Below, piece after piece: positions 41,513 through 57,627 of a DNA stretch of 64,000 nucleotides. Origin of the DNA: the human T2T-CHM13v2.0 reference genome, Homo sapiens. Both the position numbers and the translations under genes were made by a program. The notes beneath the pieces were generated by a model. That model had not been told where the DNA came from, did not search any database, and was given only the letters and a program-made list of their open reading frames with translations. The stretch lies in the NCBI RefSeq assembly GCF_009914755.1, contig NC_060931.1; one strand, written 5' to 3'. The stretch's first letter is position 1. Each line of letters opens with the position of its first letter.

Positions 41513-44291
41513 TAGATTGAGGTTTATATCCACTCTATGGATGAGGAAGTACAGATTCATGATTTAGTGAAGACGACAGAACTAATAAATGTGGTTAGGA
41601 TTGGGACTCAGATCTCCAGTGACTAAAATCTCTCTTAGTTACCACTGACAGCTTATAGTACTGCTCTGCATTCCCCCCATAAAGCTTATTGACTGCTGAA
41701 CCCAAGAGCTCAATGCCTGAGGCAAGGATGCTACCTTCAAGTTTGTCCCTTACACCCTTGAGTTCTATGCCTACCTTCATGAACTGATGAACTGTAAGTG
41801 CAAAAAGAGACAGACTTGCTTCTGTAAAAGCAGGCTGAATATTTATAACATCATCAATATAGGACAATTGAGTTAAAACATTTCAGATGAATTAAATGTG
41901 GGTATAAAAACTTTCAAAATTTAGGGGGAAGCTGTAAAACCTAGAATGATTCTGCCCTGGGATTTCTTTGCAAGTGTCTTTGTGTTCTTGGTCTAATTGC
42001 AATTAAGTCCATGCCTATGGGTAAAGTTTCTGTAAGTTAGATGACTTGCAATTCCAATTAGTTCACCCATAGTCAAAGGCCTTGGCCATATGTCAAAAGA
42101 TTGACAAAGGAATACAGGTTTAATTCTTTTTTATTTTTTAAAAAAAGTTTAAGAATTGGGTGTATCACTTTTTGAGTTCTCATATAAAAATAATGCACTT
42201 TTGTAGTAAAAAAGGATAAAGGTACTTCTACTGTTTACTGTGTGCATAAACGTATGCGCATGCATAATCGTCTGTTGATTAATTGTTATGTCCTTCAGGC
42301 CTGAATGAATTAACACCTTATGGTTTTATATGCTGACTTGGAGTGTTCAAGATAAGTTCAGCTACAATTGATTCATATCCTTTTGTAAATGTTGGGGACT
42401 TCTGTTCTTTATGAGCAGGGGACTGACATGATTGGAACTGGCCTTCATAAAGATGATGACTGGTGGCAATGGAAAAAATAATTGAGGGCAGGGAAGTCAG
42501 TAGTCAGTACTCAGGGCACATGGAGATGACATGGATTTGGGCTATCTAGCATTATATTTGACCAGATGCTAAATCATGAACTTTTAAATTATGCATAATT
42601 AAGCATAATTGAAAATAGCCCATGTAAAAGAATGAAATATTGTTTGGTGTGAGAGAGGTGTAAGGTAACTGACATGAGAAAGGTGTGAGAAAACAGCAGA
42701 GAGCTGTCATAAATTTCCTATGGATTCAAAAGACTTTACAGCCACTTAAAAGTTAGGGCAAATTGCTCTATCATGTTCTTTATTGTACAACCAGAACTGA
42801 TTTTTTTTATAATGAATACATTTCCTTTTCTTTTGTGATTGACCAGGAAACTTAATAAGACCTAAAATAGATACCCTGCATAAAATATCCAGAATATAAA
42901 TTGAAAACATTTTCCCTTTTTACTTTCTTACTCATTTGAGAGTATTTAGAGATATGAGATAGGTATCTTTCTGCCAAATGAATCCTTATTTGCAAATTTT
43001 TGTACTGCCTGTAACAAATATTACTTAGTACAGATATTACCGGATTTCAATGCCATCTTCTAGTCAAGGTAATTAATAAAAGATGGATTGTTTTCAAACA
43101 AGCTGTCAGACCTTATATTATTGGAAGTTCAAAGAAGGCTTGGTTTTAACTTTAATAGAAATAGTTGTGACCTGCTCGAACAATGGCATTCATATAAAGA
43201 AAATGAGCAGGCATATACATAGAGAGTTCAATGATAAAATCTTTACAACTTTAGCTTTTGCTCTTTGCTGTTAAATCTCTCTGCTCCTTTATATCCCACT
43301 GAGAAATTCCAGAAGGGATAATAAAGAAAACCTGCCAGTTTTCTAAGAAGGTTGAATATAATGCAATCAAGGGTCCATCATTCAAAGCAAATAATTAAAT
43401 TTTTATTCTATTCACAGCCTTTTGTATTTCTGTACTCTGCTTCTGAACAATTCCCTTATATGCTTGTGGGAGAGTTTAAAGTTTTCAGCTATGAAACTGA
43501 TTAAATTGTATAGAATCTACATTCTGAATTTCCAAGTTTAATATATGCTATAAAGTTTAGGGCTGTTAAGAAGTACGAATGAGTAAAATTATAGATGTCA
43601 CTGGAAACAGAAAACTTATTTAAATTTTGGAGTTTTTAATATAATTCCAAGGAATGAGTAAAAGTATCCTAATTTAGGTTCAGCCAATTTGGTTTTCTGT
43701 GATTTACACTAAAGCAAGCCAATTTTCAGTGAACTAAAACAAATGATGAGAGTATTTATATTCTTAAATCATTTTAGTTAACATGAATTTTTTTCTTGAT
43801 CTAGGCAATTTGATTTAAGTTACAAAGAAATATTCTTAGTTTTTCCAAAAGGTAATTAGGCTACATAAATTCTCAAGTTGTTGAGTTGTTAATTGTGTGG
43901 GTGTAAAGGCATGTGCTTGAGAATTGTGACAGTTTTGAACATGTTTTAGATGAAAGTAAAAATACAGATGATTCATTCTTCTGGATTTCAGGGTCCATCC
44001 ATAGTCCTAAACCTAATATGATCAAAAACACAAAGGCAGAAGTAATGCTGGGGCTTTGTAGCAAAGCAGATTGGCTTCAATACCCATGTTGGTTGCCCCC
44101 AGCTGTATAACCTTAGGCGTGTACCTTGCATTCTTAACCCCAAGTTTCTTCATCTATAAAATGAGAATGATGAGTACCATCTTCATAGCATTGCTATGAA
44201 TACAAACAAAGCAGTGCATGTAAAATGCACAGTGTCTGCCACATAGTGTCAGCTTGGCTAAGGGTAGTGATTATTATTAAATACAACATAG

Positions 44292-44788
<497 letters not shown>

Positions 44789-45329
44789 TAAAAAATTATA
44801 TCACTACTTAGGTTTGTAATTTAGTCATTTTTCTCCATTTCTCTAATCTTTTTTTCTCTTTTTCTTCTATTGTTAAAAATCTGATTTTTTTCCTTCTAAA
44901 TCACCTTCCTTTTCCAAGGGTCCAGGATGTTCACTAGCACTTCATTTTTGGCCACAGCTCTCTCAGATGCATTTTGGAGTGGAGGCAGGCAGCCATATCC
45001 AGAGCTGGGTGTCATATGCCTTTGGGGATCCCTGATGACTCCCCAAGGGGCTCAGAGGCACATGGACAATTTTGAGAGAGTCACTGCCCAGAACTTCACC
45101 TTTCATACGGATCATACATTCAAACTTTCTAAAGTTTGATTTTGCTGAAAAGATACCTCTAAAGCAGGTTGTTCTTTCCCATTCTTTTTATACATCCTTC
45201 TGCTCTTCAGAAGAAAGACCAGCTTTTGCTAGCTCTGATATTATAATGATGGTTACTCAAAGGTGAAAAAACATTTGCCAAAAAAAAAAAAGAGAAAATT
45301 TAACTATGTTGTTCTTTAGAGCAAGTGAA

Positions 45330-45630
45330 GGATGCCAATCACTAGGTAACAAATCCTTCACAATTCAGGTTGCTTTCAGTTCTTTGTTTTTAACAAGATT
45401 GAATATTTCATGATAAACCACTATGTGATTTTTAACATATACCTTGGAGGGAGTTGAAAGAACTGAGCCATGTTGCTATAACTAAACCCTTCCATCCACG
45501 TCTGTGTATTTATGTGAACAAATTTTCTTCGTTCTTATATTTAAAATATTAATACTGATGCTGAACTCTTCTTGTTCTAGCATTAAGTGGCATTCTTTTA
45601 ATGGATATATGAATTAATTGAATAAAAAGA
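45330..45630 (+). mobile_element. hAT-Charlie transposase relic
   Basis: CTTCCATCCACGTCTGTGTATTTATGTGAACAAATTTTC reads LPSTSVYLCEQIF, similar to the hAT dimerization motif LPFxSTYLCExGFS. Confidence 0.5.
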
Positions 45631-45634
45631 AACC

Positions 45635-45949
45635 GGCTGGGCGCGGTGGCTCAAACCTGTAATCCCAGCACTTTGGGAGGCTGAGGCAGGTGGATCATGA
45701 GGTCAGGAGTTCGAGAACAGCCTGGCCAACATGGTGAAACCTGTCTCTACTGAAAATACAAAAATTAGCTGGGCATGGTGGTGCATGCCTGTAATCCCGG
45801 CTACTTGGGAGGCTGAGGCAGGAGAATCACTTGAACCAGGGAGTCAGAGGTTGCAGTGAGCTGAGATCACGCCACTGTACTCCAGCCTGGCTACAGAGCA
45901 AGACTCTGTCTAAAAAAAAAAAAAAACAGAGAGAGAAAGAAAAAAAAAA
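45635..45949 (+). mobile_element. AluS (Sg-like)
   Basis: GGCTGGGCGCGGTGGCTC...poly-A. Confidence 0.93.
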
Positions 45950-45968
45950 CCATATCTATCTGAGAGAT

Positions 45969-46367
45969 TGCATTAGGTCATTCTTGTGTTGCTGTGAGTA
46001 TCTGAGACTGTGTAGTTTATAAAGAAAAGAGGTTTAATTGGCTCACCGTCCTGCAGGTTGTACAGGAAGTATGGTGCAGGCATCTGCTCAGCTTCTGGAG
46101 AGGCCACAAGAAGCTTTTACTGATAAGAGAAGGCAAAGGAGGACCAGGCATCTCACATGGTGAAAACAGTAGCAAGAGGGGATGGCCGGGAGGCATCGCA
46201 CTTTAAAAACTAGATCTCCTGAGAACTCATTCACAATGACAAGAACAGCACCAAGCCATGAGGGATCCGCCCCCATGACCTAAACACTTCTCAACACGCC
46301 CCACCTGCAACACTGAGGATTACAATTCAACATGATATTTGGTGGGGACATATATTCAGACAAATCA
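45969..46367 (-). mobile_element. MSTB-like MaLR solo LTR
   Basis: TGCATTAGGTCATTCTTGTGTTGCT...CAACATGATATTTGGTGGGGAC; 5-bp TSD GAGAT/GAGCT. Confidence 0.87.
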
Positions 46368-46590
46368 GAGCTGTATTTCCAATACAATTTTACTTTTTAT
46401 TCTATAAATTATTTAATATGATTTGTAATGTATTTCTCTTGTTCTGACTAATTATGTATGACCAATAATTTAAACTATTTGGAAGAACTTTTTTTTTTTT
46501 AACTTAGAGCCATACGGTCACTGAAATTCTAAAGTTTAAATTTGCAAACTTTTTTTCTATTGCGAAATATAGGACAATCTAAAAAAGATA

Positions 46591-46818
46591 TTTTTTTTTT
46601 TTTGAGATGGAGTCTCGCTGTCTCTCAGGCTGGAGGGCAGTGGCAAAATCTTGACTCACTGCAAGCTCCGCCTCCCGGGTTCAAGTGATTCTCTTGCCTT
46701 AGTAGAAACGGGGTTTCACCATGTTGGTCAGGCTAATCTCCAACTCCTGACCTCGTGATCCACCCGCTTCGGCCTCCCAAAGTGTTGAGATTACAGAAGT
46801 GAGCCACTGCGCCCGGCC
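46591..46818 (-). mobile_element. Alu with an internal deletion of ~65-70 nt
   Basis: Jumps from CTCTTGCC directly to TTAGTAGAAACGGGG. Confidence 0.9.
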
Positions 46819-46890
46819 CCCAAAATTTTCATATATAAAAATATTAGGATGAAATTCTGAGGTATTTGGGTTACTTCAGATTCATTTTAA

Positions 46891-47003
<113 letters not shown>

Positions 47004-47029
47004 TTAAGTTATTTTTAAAAGTTTGAATT

Positions 47030-47775
47030 GTAGTCATATACATGTAACGTGAAATGTATCATAATCCTTTCTAAGTGTATACTTTAGTAGCGTTAAGTAT
47101 TTTTACACTACTGTGCAACCAATCTCTAGAACTTTTTGCACAACTGAAATTATATACCCAGTAAACATGTCCCCATTTCCACCTCCTCCCAGCCCCCAGC
47201 AACCACATTTTACTTTCTGTTTTTATACATTTGACTACTCTAGATACCTCACATAAGTGGAATAATCCAGTGTCTTCATGACTGGATTATTTCACTTAGC
47301 GAATATTGTCAAGGGTCATTCATGTTGTAGCATGTGTCACAATTTCCTTCCTTTTTAAGGCTGAATAATATTTGTTGTAGGCATATACTACATTTTGTTT
47401 ATCCCTTCATCTACTGATGCACGTTTGGGTTGCCTTCAAATGTCAATAATGCTATTATGAACATGGGTGTGTAAATATGTCTTTGAGACCTGCTTTCAGT
47501 TATGCTGACTGTATACCCAGAAGTGGAATTGCTGGATTGTATGGTAGTTCTATTTGTAATTTTTTGAGGAACCACCAAATTGCTATTCAAGTGGCTGCAC
47601 CATGTTACTTTTCCACCATCAAAGCACAAGGATTCCAGTCTCTTAATATCCTCACCAATGATTATTTTCTGTTTTGTTTTTGTTAGTCACCATCCTAATG
47701 GGTGTGAAGTAATATCTCACTGTGGTTCTAATTTGCATTTCCCTAATGATTAGTGATATCGAGCATCTTTTTAAT
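47030..47775 (-). mobile_element. L1MA/MB 3' fragment
   Basis: CCCAGCCCCCAGCAACCAC...CCCAGAAGTGGAATTGCTGGAT...TTTGCATTTCCCTAATGATTAGTGAT. Confidence 0.85.
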
Positions 47776-48318
47776 ATGATGCTGGTGCAAAATGACCTTA
47801 AGTACCAACATTCCCTGATATGACTTAAGTACCAATATTCTTTAATCTGAGAAGATGAAAAGTTCTTTGACACATAGTAACATCAAGAGAAACCCTGGTA
47901 TACTTTAGTACGGTACAGTGCTGTTAAACATGACATTCTGCTCCGGTTTCTCATTCAAGAACATTACTTTGAAAAACCCTAATATTAGTAAATCTTTCAT
48001 CCTCCATTCTAACTCATAGATTAAATTTTCTTATCTCTAAAATTCTCTCAAACAGCTGTAGGCTTCTATTCTTCAAAGGTTTTATTACAAGACACCAGAA
48101 AAATTTATATTCTCTCTCTCTCATGAGATGGGAGCAAGAGATAAGCATGCCGTCCTGAGGAAAGTGATGTTACCCAGAAACTACAGTAAGGTGTTTCTCT
48201 TATCAAGGTATCTGTGGTTTCTGTAATGTCATAGGTTTGTTTATTCAACAGTATTTACTGAATACCTACTTAGCATTAGGCACTGAAATCCAGAAGATAA
48301 AATAGGACAGTTCCTGAC

Positions 48319-48352
<34 letters not shown>

Positions 48353-49341
48353 ACAGTCTAGCAGAAAGAGCAGACAAGAAGGTTGGCAAGTTTAACACAG
48401 AACAAATGACATGTGTTGACATTGAGATCAATTCACTCAAGCAAGGTCTTATGGGAGGATGGAGAGAAATAATGAGGCGGAACCCAGAACATAACATGGG
48501 AGGAGTTGTAAAATATGTGGTGGAATGAAGTAGATAACAAGGACACCTTGGGAAAGATATCAGACATGATCCAAGTTTTTCTATATACTTTTAAGTGCAT
48601 TCTGTTGCTCTTGTCCTTCCATTTTTAATTAATTGAAAATTTAAGTCCATCCACTTGTATCTGAATAAGTTGCTTGAATGGATCAATGTTGTAAAAATGT
48701 AAATACCTTACTAGTTATTGCTTGAATTTTACACAGGTACAAACAAATGATGATGCATTAGCTGACTGGTTTTACGACCATGATCTTATGAGGTCATTTT
48801 CTATATAATTTATTTTGCACTAAAATTTACACTGAAGGAAGAAAATTTATAGTTTATAAAATAGTTTCATGTCATGTTAAAAGTTACAAGATGTTCTTTT
48901 ATTCATATTTATTTTATTGCCAATATACTGATTTCCTTGCGAACTTATATTCTCACATTTATTTAATTGAAAAACATTGATTGGAAGTGTTGATAAGGAG
49001 AGGAAGAAGTCTCCTTAATATTTGAGTTAATGGCTTGACTGTTTTAAATTAGGAGGAAAGGTGAAAGTGCTCCTTCAGGTATTTGTGAGTTAAGAAAGTG
49101 CATGGGTGAAATTGTTCAGGTTCTGGTGGCATTTGAATGGAATTAACATCAAATAATTTCAGATTTGTCATTGTCTCATGAGATCATTGAGCATAGTTCT
49201 GTCATTCTGCACTGAGACTCACAGAACTCATGTAATTTGACCAAGGAAATACAATTAGAGTAACAAATTGCAGTGTAACTGGACACTCAAAAAAGTGGTT
49301 CACTTAGTTAGTCTAAGTGAGTTAGTTACAAGAACTGATAA

Positions 49342-49809
<468 letters not shown>

Positions 49810-51659
49810 TAATAGAAAATAAAAGGAGCTGACATGTACTGAATACAGATGTGCTGGGTGGTGGAATTCCTTATGTACATTCTGTCATTTAATCTCAAGG
49901 ATACCTCTATAAAGTAGGCACTGTTATTAATCCCACAAAGTCTCACAACTTTGGCACAAAACCAAAGTTGAACCTGGACCTTTTTACCTCTAGAGTCTGT
50001 AGAGGTAATACCTATGTACTATGCAACTTGTCTCCCAAAGCACAGAACACAGGGCTTTCTAAAGGCTACAGTTCTCTAAAAGTTGAATTGAATGGCATCC
50101 CATATTTAAATGCTCACTGCTACATTAAGAAATTAAGAAATAATCATTTTCATTTTAGAGAAGTAAGTGCAACCCTAAGACATTAATTTGCTAATTATTC
50201 TTCCTCATGGAGATAAAATCTTATAATTTATCTTATCTCATATGCTACATAGACATTTCCAACTTTCATATATTATTAACCTTAACCTCTGTGATATTCA
50301 GGTAACATTGAAATAGAAAAATGCAACAATGTCACACACAAACCTTTCTACATAATATGGTGAAAGGAATGAAATATAATGAGTTACTTTTACTTGGAAA
50401 AACATAATGTTACTCTGCTTTGAATCAAGGGTGTTAACATTTTTAGTGTTAGCAATAATTTGTTTTCTTTCAATCATACAATTATTACATTTATTTTCCT
50501 TAGTAAAATGGAAAAACATCCCAATTGCCAAATACTAATGACGCATTCTTAGGGTCTCTATGTGTAATCTTATTAGGTTTCTGTTTTCAACTGGAAAGTT
50601 TATGAAGCCAGTATTTGTTTATCTTGGGGGAATTTTGCTTATGCATTGAGAAGACACATTTACCGTTTTTCCACAGGCAATCCAGGCCAATATTTGTCCT
50701 TCTTTATCATAGCAACAAAAGTTTTTCACTTTGCAATCCTGTGTAGTCTGGATAGATTTAGTCTGTTTTTCCAAAAAACATTAATAGAATACCTGCTGCA
50801 TGTTTTTTCAAAAAATATTTTTTGTTCTTCATCTTTAAAAGAGTATGTTTATCCAGAGAAAGTTTATGAATCAATATGAGATTTGTTTTATATTTTTAAA
50901 AAATATTCACTTGAACTTTGATATGAAGCATCCTCAAGAGGTAGTTTTGTTTTTGTCATTTTAATATTTAAGCAAATAAAAACAGCTATTTGTGATACTA
51001 ACAATTGTGTTTTTAAGATGACACAATTGAGCTTCATTCCCCCTTTTTTGTAATACTGCCCTATCACATGAAATAATTAAGAATTAAAACATTAACAGGA
51101 CACTGGGATTCTCTCAGAGTCTTCTCTGGTTGGCTAGATCTGGCACAGAATAATGGCATGAGGAAGAAGCAACTTTGATATATTTATTTTTGTTCTAATA
51201 TGCCCCCAAAATTGATAATAATAAAAAACTAACATTTGAATTTCATACTTTAACATGACTTTCAAATACATTTTCTTCTAATTTGGCTTCACATCTCTCT
51301 TGTTGGTAGATATTAATCCCAATTTAAAGAGGACACAAAGATTCTGAGCAGTGGGTGGCAAGCCCAGCTCACCTAGTTAGTAGAGTTACAAATGAAACTT
51401 TGGAGTTCTGATGACAAGACTTGCATTTTCCACGATTAGATGCTGTGAAATGAGGAAAATAAATGGAGTAGGCATTTCTAAAGAAATTTAAATTACAAGA
51501 CATTTAAACCTTTCTCTTTCAATATACCTGTATCTTAGATTAGCAAACTTACTGATTAGGTGAGGGTGGGGTTTGGGTGTGACAAGTAGAGATAACCTAG
51601 AACAATCCTTCAAATTGGTCACCTTGAAAATGATAGACAAACTGAGGCTATTGTTTTAA

Positions 51660-51830
<171 letters not shown>

Positions 51831-52647
51831 TAAAAAACAAATTTTAATTTAAAAAAAAAAGAAAAGAAAGAAAGAAACCTATCTTTTAAAAATTGTTGGT
51901 GGAAATGTATCTTAATTATCATAAGTAGGTGGTACTTGGAAAATTTTATGTCAATATACAAACATGATCTTCTAAACATATGTGGCCATATTTATAGATC
52001 CTAAAACTTTAGAACGTGTGGCAGACTCAGTAGTATCTAAATAGTGGTAACAAGAAGTAAAGTGCGCATTTTCAAACTTAATCTTTTAATTGCAGCCGCC
52101 TTTTCAAGTGCAACTGTTTCTATCATAGATACTTGGCATTGACTAGGTATAATTTTACTTATACATAATAAATTTCATTCTCAAATATCCCACTGATTTC
52201 ATAATGCAGAGGAGAAAATGAAGAACTTTATTAAGAAAATTCAATAACTCCTATTCCCATATCTGTTTACTTGACTATAACTTATTGCCTTTGTTCTAAG
52301 GAAATGTTAAATCTCGTACGTCAAAAAGTGGGGGAAGCACATCAATTTAAACCTTATCATAATTTATATGTGAATAGGTACCTAGCATGTAGGAGTAGGA
52401 GAGTTTTCTTCTTCGTATTTAGGTTTCCATGGATTAACTTTATTGCTTAGTTTAATGTGTTATGAATATTTAGGTATATTTTTATTTTCTATAAGAAATA
52501 AAACAGAATCCAAATCCAAAAATTTATCACATGTAATTTTACATTATCCAAGCCACTGCTCTTTTTAATTAGTAGATATATTGAAAATTAACAATAGTGA
52601 TTATTAATATGACACCAAATAAGAGTAAATGTAGCAAGAGAATATAG

Positions 52648-53332
<685 letters not shown>

Positions 53333-54322
53333 TAGTAACCAATCAATAAATAGCAATTTGCAAAAGTACTGTAGGCTTATATTCACTGTGGTTCAGACAA
53401 TTAACTAGTATGTGGAGAATCTATGAGTCCAATCCTGCCTATGTGTCTCTGTAAAATAAACATGAATTTTTCTATGGTTCAAGTACTATTTGTGAAATAA
53501 ATGTGGTATGAAGTCAAGTATGCATTAAAGGAAAAAAGAGGTTGTGTAGATAATAGAAAGTAACAGATTATCTGGCGTATTCACATGAGGGTATAAAAAG
53601 ATAACTTTTATTTTTTACATATACATATTTAGTTTAAAATTGGTTTATATTTAGTTTAAAAAAACCATGGGAATTTTTGAATTTTTTTTTCTGATATAGA
53701 TATGTGTAGAGTGAAGTGTTTTTGCCCATTTTGATTCTTTTCCTTCCTCTCAAATTAAATATACTCATTCATATTATCTCCCCCAACATATTTTGTTTTT
53801 CCTCTAACATAGCCCTTAGAGGCAAAAACATAAAAAATAATTTATTAAATTAGTCTATAGAAAGTTCTACCTTGGAATACAGGGTGGGAAAAAAGGAAGA
53901 AGGGGAAAATAAAATTATGTATAACTAGAATATAGCTTTGTATAACATTTCTGTGTCCTCAAACTATTATTCCGGTAAGCCAATTACATTATAGATGGCT
54001 CATACATTTGGTTAAATAATTCCAAGATTTCTCCATAAAAATTTAAAACTTAATTAACTGACACTTTTAAATACTCATTTTTTCATTATTTTTCATGCAT
54101 ACCTAATAGTTTGTATTATGCTTTTTAAAATCTGTTGTTCAGAAAGAAATGTTATGTATTATCTTCCATGAAAGCATATTCTTCAGCTATAAAGGGTATC
54201 GAGATAAACTAATGTGACTTTATATTAGTTAATTTTCTTATACTGTACATTAAATAATTGTATCTTTAAATTGTATCTTTAAAAAAAATTACTCACATTT
54301 ATAAAACTGTTGACTTCCAAAA

Positions 54323-54341
54323 AGACCACTAGATGTCAGTT
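54323..54341 (+). promoter_or_regulatory. CTCF-like motif GACCACTAGATGTCAG, ~105 bp upstream of exon 10
   Basis: Matches the CCACTAGATGKCA variant of the CTCF core. Confidence 0.5.
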
Positions 54342-54385
54342 CTGATCTATAATCCAACAGGAAATAAATCATGTCTTAGAAGTAA

Positions 54386-54745
<360 letters not shown>

Positions 54746-54816
54746 TAATTTTTTCTGACCTCTGGACTAAGATTATTTTTATGTCAACTAAGTATGTAAG
54801 TGACTGATTATGATAA

Positions 54817-55166
<350 letters not shown>

Positions 55167-55695
55167 AAATGTTTGTGGATATTATGAATAATATGTATTG
55201 TATGCTACAGAATACTTTTTTATTTTTTAATTTTTTCTTTCATCTTATAAGTTCAGAGGGTACATGTGCAGGTTCATTACATGTATTATAGTATACTTTA
55301 AAAGAAATGTTAGAACTCTTTGGAGGCAGTCTAGAATAGCAGTGAGTGCTCCAGATTGACGTCAGAGGACTTGAATTATAATGCTATTTTTTTTTAAGCA
55401 TTCACATCTATTGTCATGTTTGGGCAAATGCCAATGAATAGAGCAGAGTGCTTCAAAATAACATGGATTGATTTTTATAACACGTTAGCATCTCCCCAAC
55501 CTCACTACCAAAGCATCATTGAGCTATTTTATCCAGGTCCTCCCTGTCAGATATGAAGCTTTCTTATATTCAGACACCACTGTGACAAGTTGAAGTTGCT
55601 ATGTATTATTTAACATTAATTAGCTCAGTTGTTTATAGAACTCAAAATCTGATTGGTTGATGAAATGGGAGGTAATTGGGTTGAACATGGTTTGA

Positions 55696-55854
<159 letters not shown>

Positions 55855-56621
55855 TGACATTTGATTCTTTCTTGGTGACTGGGATTAGAGTAGATCACTG
55901 TAAGCTACCTGATTTTGACATCAAACTAGATTAAGTATTTCTTTAAGAAATAGAAATCTTTATAAGCTACTTTGCTCTTTCAGAGATCTAAGTAGCAAAA
56001 TGAGCAAGATTTATATGCATAACTTTAAGAGTTTGCAAACAATATGTGACTTATTAAAGGTAAAAGAACATGGGATTAGCATAGCTGCCAGAATTTGACA
56101 GTTTTCAAGGGGAAAATGCCAACATTTTTCTGAAGAAGTTTTACTTTTAGCTTCAGAACATTTACATGCAACCAAAAGTTATTTCTGCTTATTATCCCCT
56201 TGTTATTTCTGCTTATTATACCCTTTTTGTTTTTGTAAAATCATATAGAGTTGAAAATAATATTTTAGAAGACTGCCTAAACCTTAATTTCTTATAACTC
56301 TATATCAAACTTCAAAGAAAGAAAATGTAAATAATTATAACTTTTACTGGCTTATATCTTTTAAAAAAGGCATTCATTTTATCTTCTATGTATTTTGTTA
56401 ATTCCTTGGTTAGTATCAAAGGATAATTTATTGAATGTGAAATGCATGTTTAATACTTGTTTTCTTTCCAGTTCTGATACTTATATAGACTGAAATGAAT
56501 TTGTATTTTTCCACCTAAGATTTGTTCATATGAAATATCTTTTTGAAATAGCATTCTTAATCATTAATCATTTATTATTACCCTGATGTTTCACTCAAGT
56601 ATTTATCTTACTTGTAAAAAG

Positions 56622-56693
56622 TATATGTGTGTGTGTATATATGTATATATATATATATATATATATACGTATATATATATATACATACATACA
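56622..56693 (+). repeat. (TG)/(TA)/(CATA) compound microsatellite
   Basis: Direct reading. Confidence 0.85.
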
Positions 56694-57378
56694 CTACTTG
56701 TATGAGTTTAATCAACTTACTAAGTTAATTAATGAGTGTTTGATACTCCTTTTTCTAATTTGGTCCCAAATTTTGGAGGATTCAGAGTAAGCTAATTTCC
56801 CCAAAGATAATTGAGTTGGCACAATATCATTTTAACTATTTTAAACGTATAAGTATTACATTCACAACAGTTTGACTAAATACTATAAAAAGATAATAAA
56901 AGGGATCTGCCTTGCTCTTCAGGAATTTATAACTTTAGATACTGTTACTATGGAGAACATTTCTCATCATAACTTGAGGAAGAACTAAATAATTATTTTG
57001 CAAGAGAAAGAGAAAATTCCAATTTCCTGGTTCTCACAGTAGAAAGGAGATAACCACAGATTTTTATTTGCGGGGGAAAGAGGGGAAGATTAATATTTCT
57101 CACTCTGACATAATTCATTTGTAACCCAAGAGGCTCTCTCATTCTTCCTGCTGCCTAACTCTGTTATTCATGTGTCTTCTGGTATCTGTAACAGGAAAGA
57201 GAAATCCGCTTATATTCAATGAAAAGAAAAAAAAAAACTCACCCTATTTGGAAATATGATCATCAACAAAATTAGTTTCTTATAAAAAGTGGCATTTACA
57301 TCAACAACTTTGCAGAAAACTAATTTATGGTACTGACCAATGGATTTTTAACAAATATCTGACTTTTTAAATAAATGA

Positions 57379-57627
<249 letters not shown>

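Noticed and set aside
42587-42600. 14-bp palindrome AATTATGCATAATT (POU-like site)
   Set aside because: Plausible by chance in AT-rich DNA; no supporting context
44820-44920. Long polypyrimidine tract ending ttccaag
   Set aside because: No convincing downstream donor or CPED1-compatible frame
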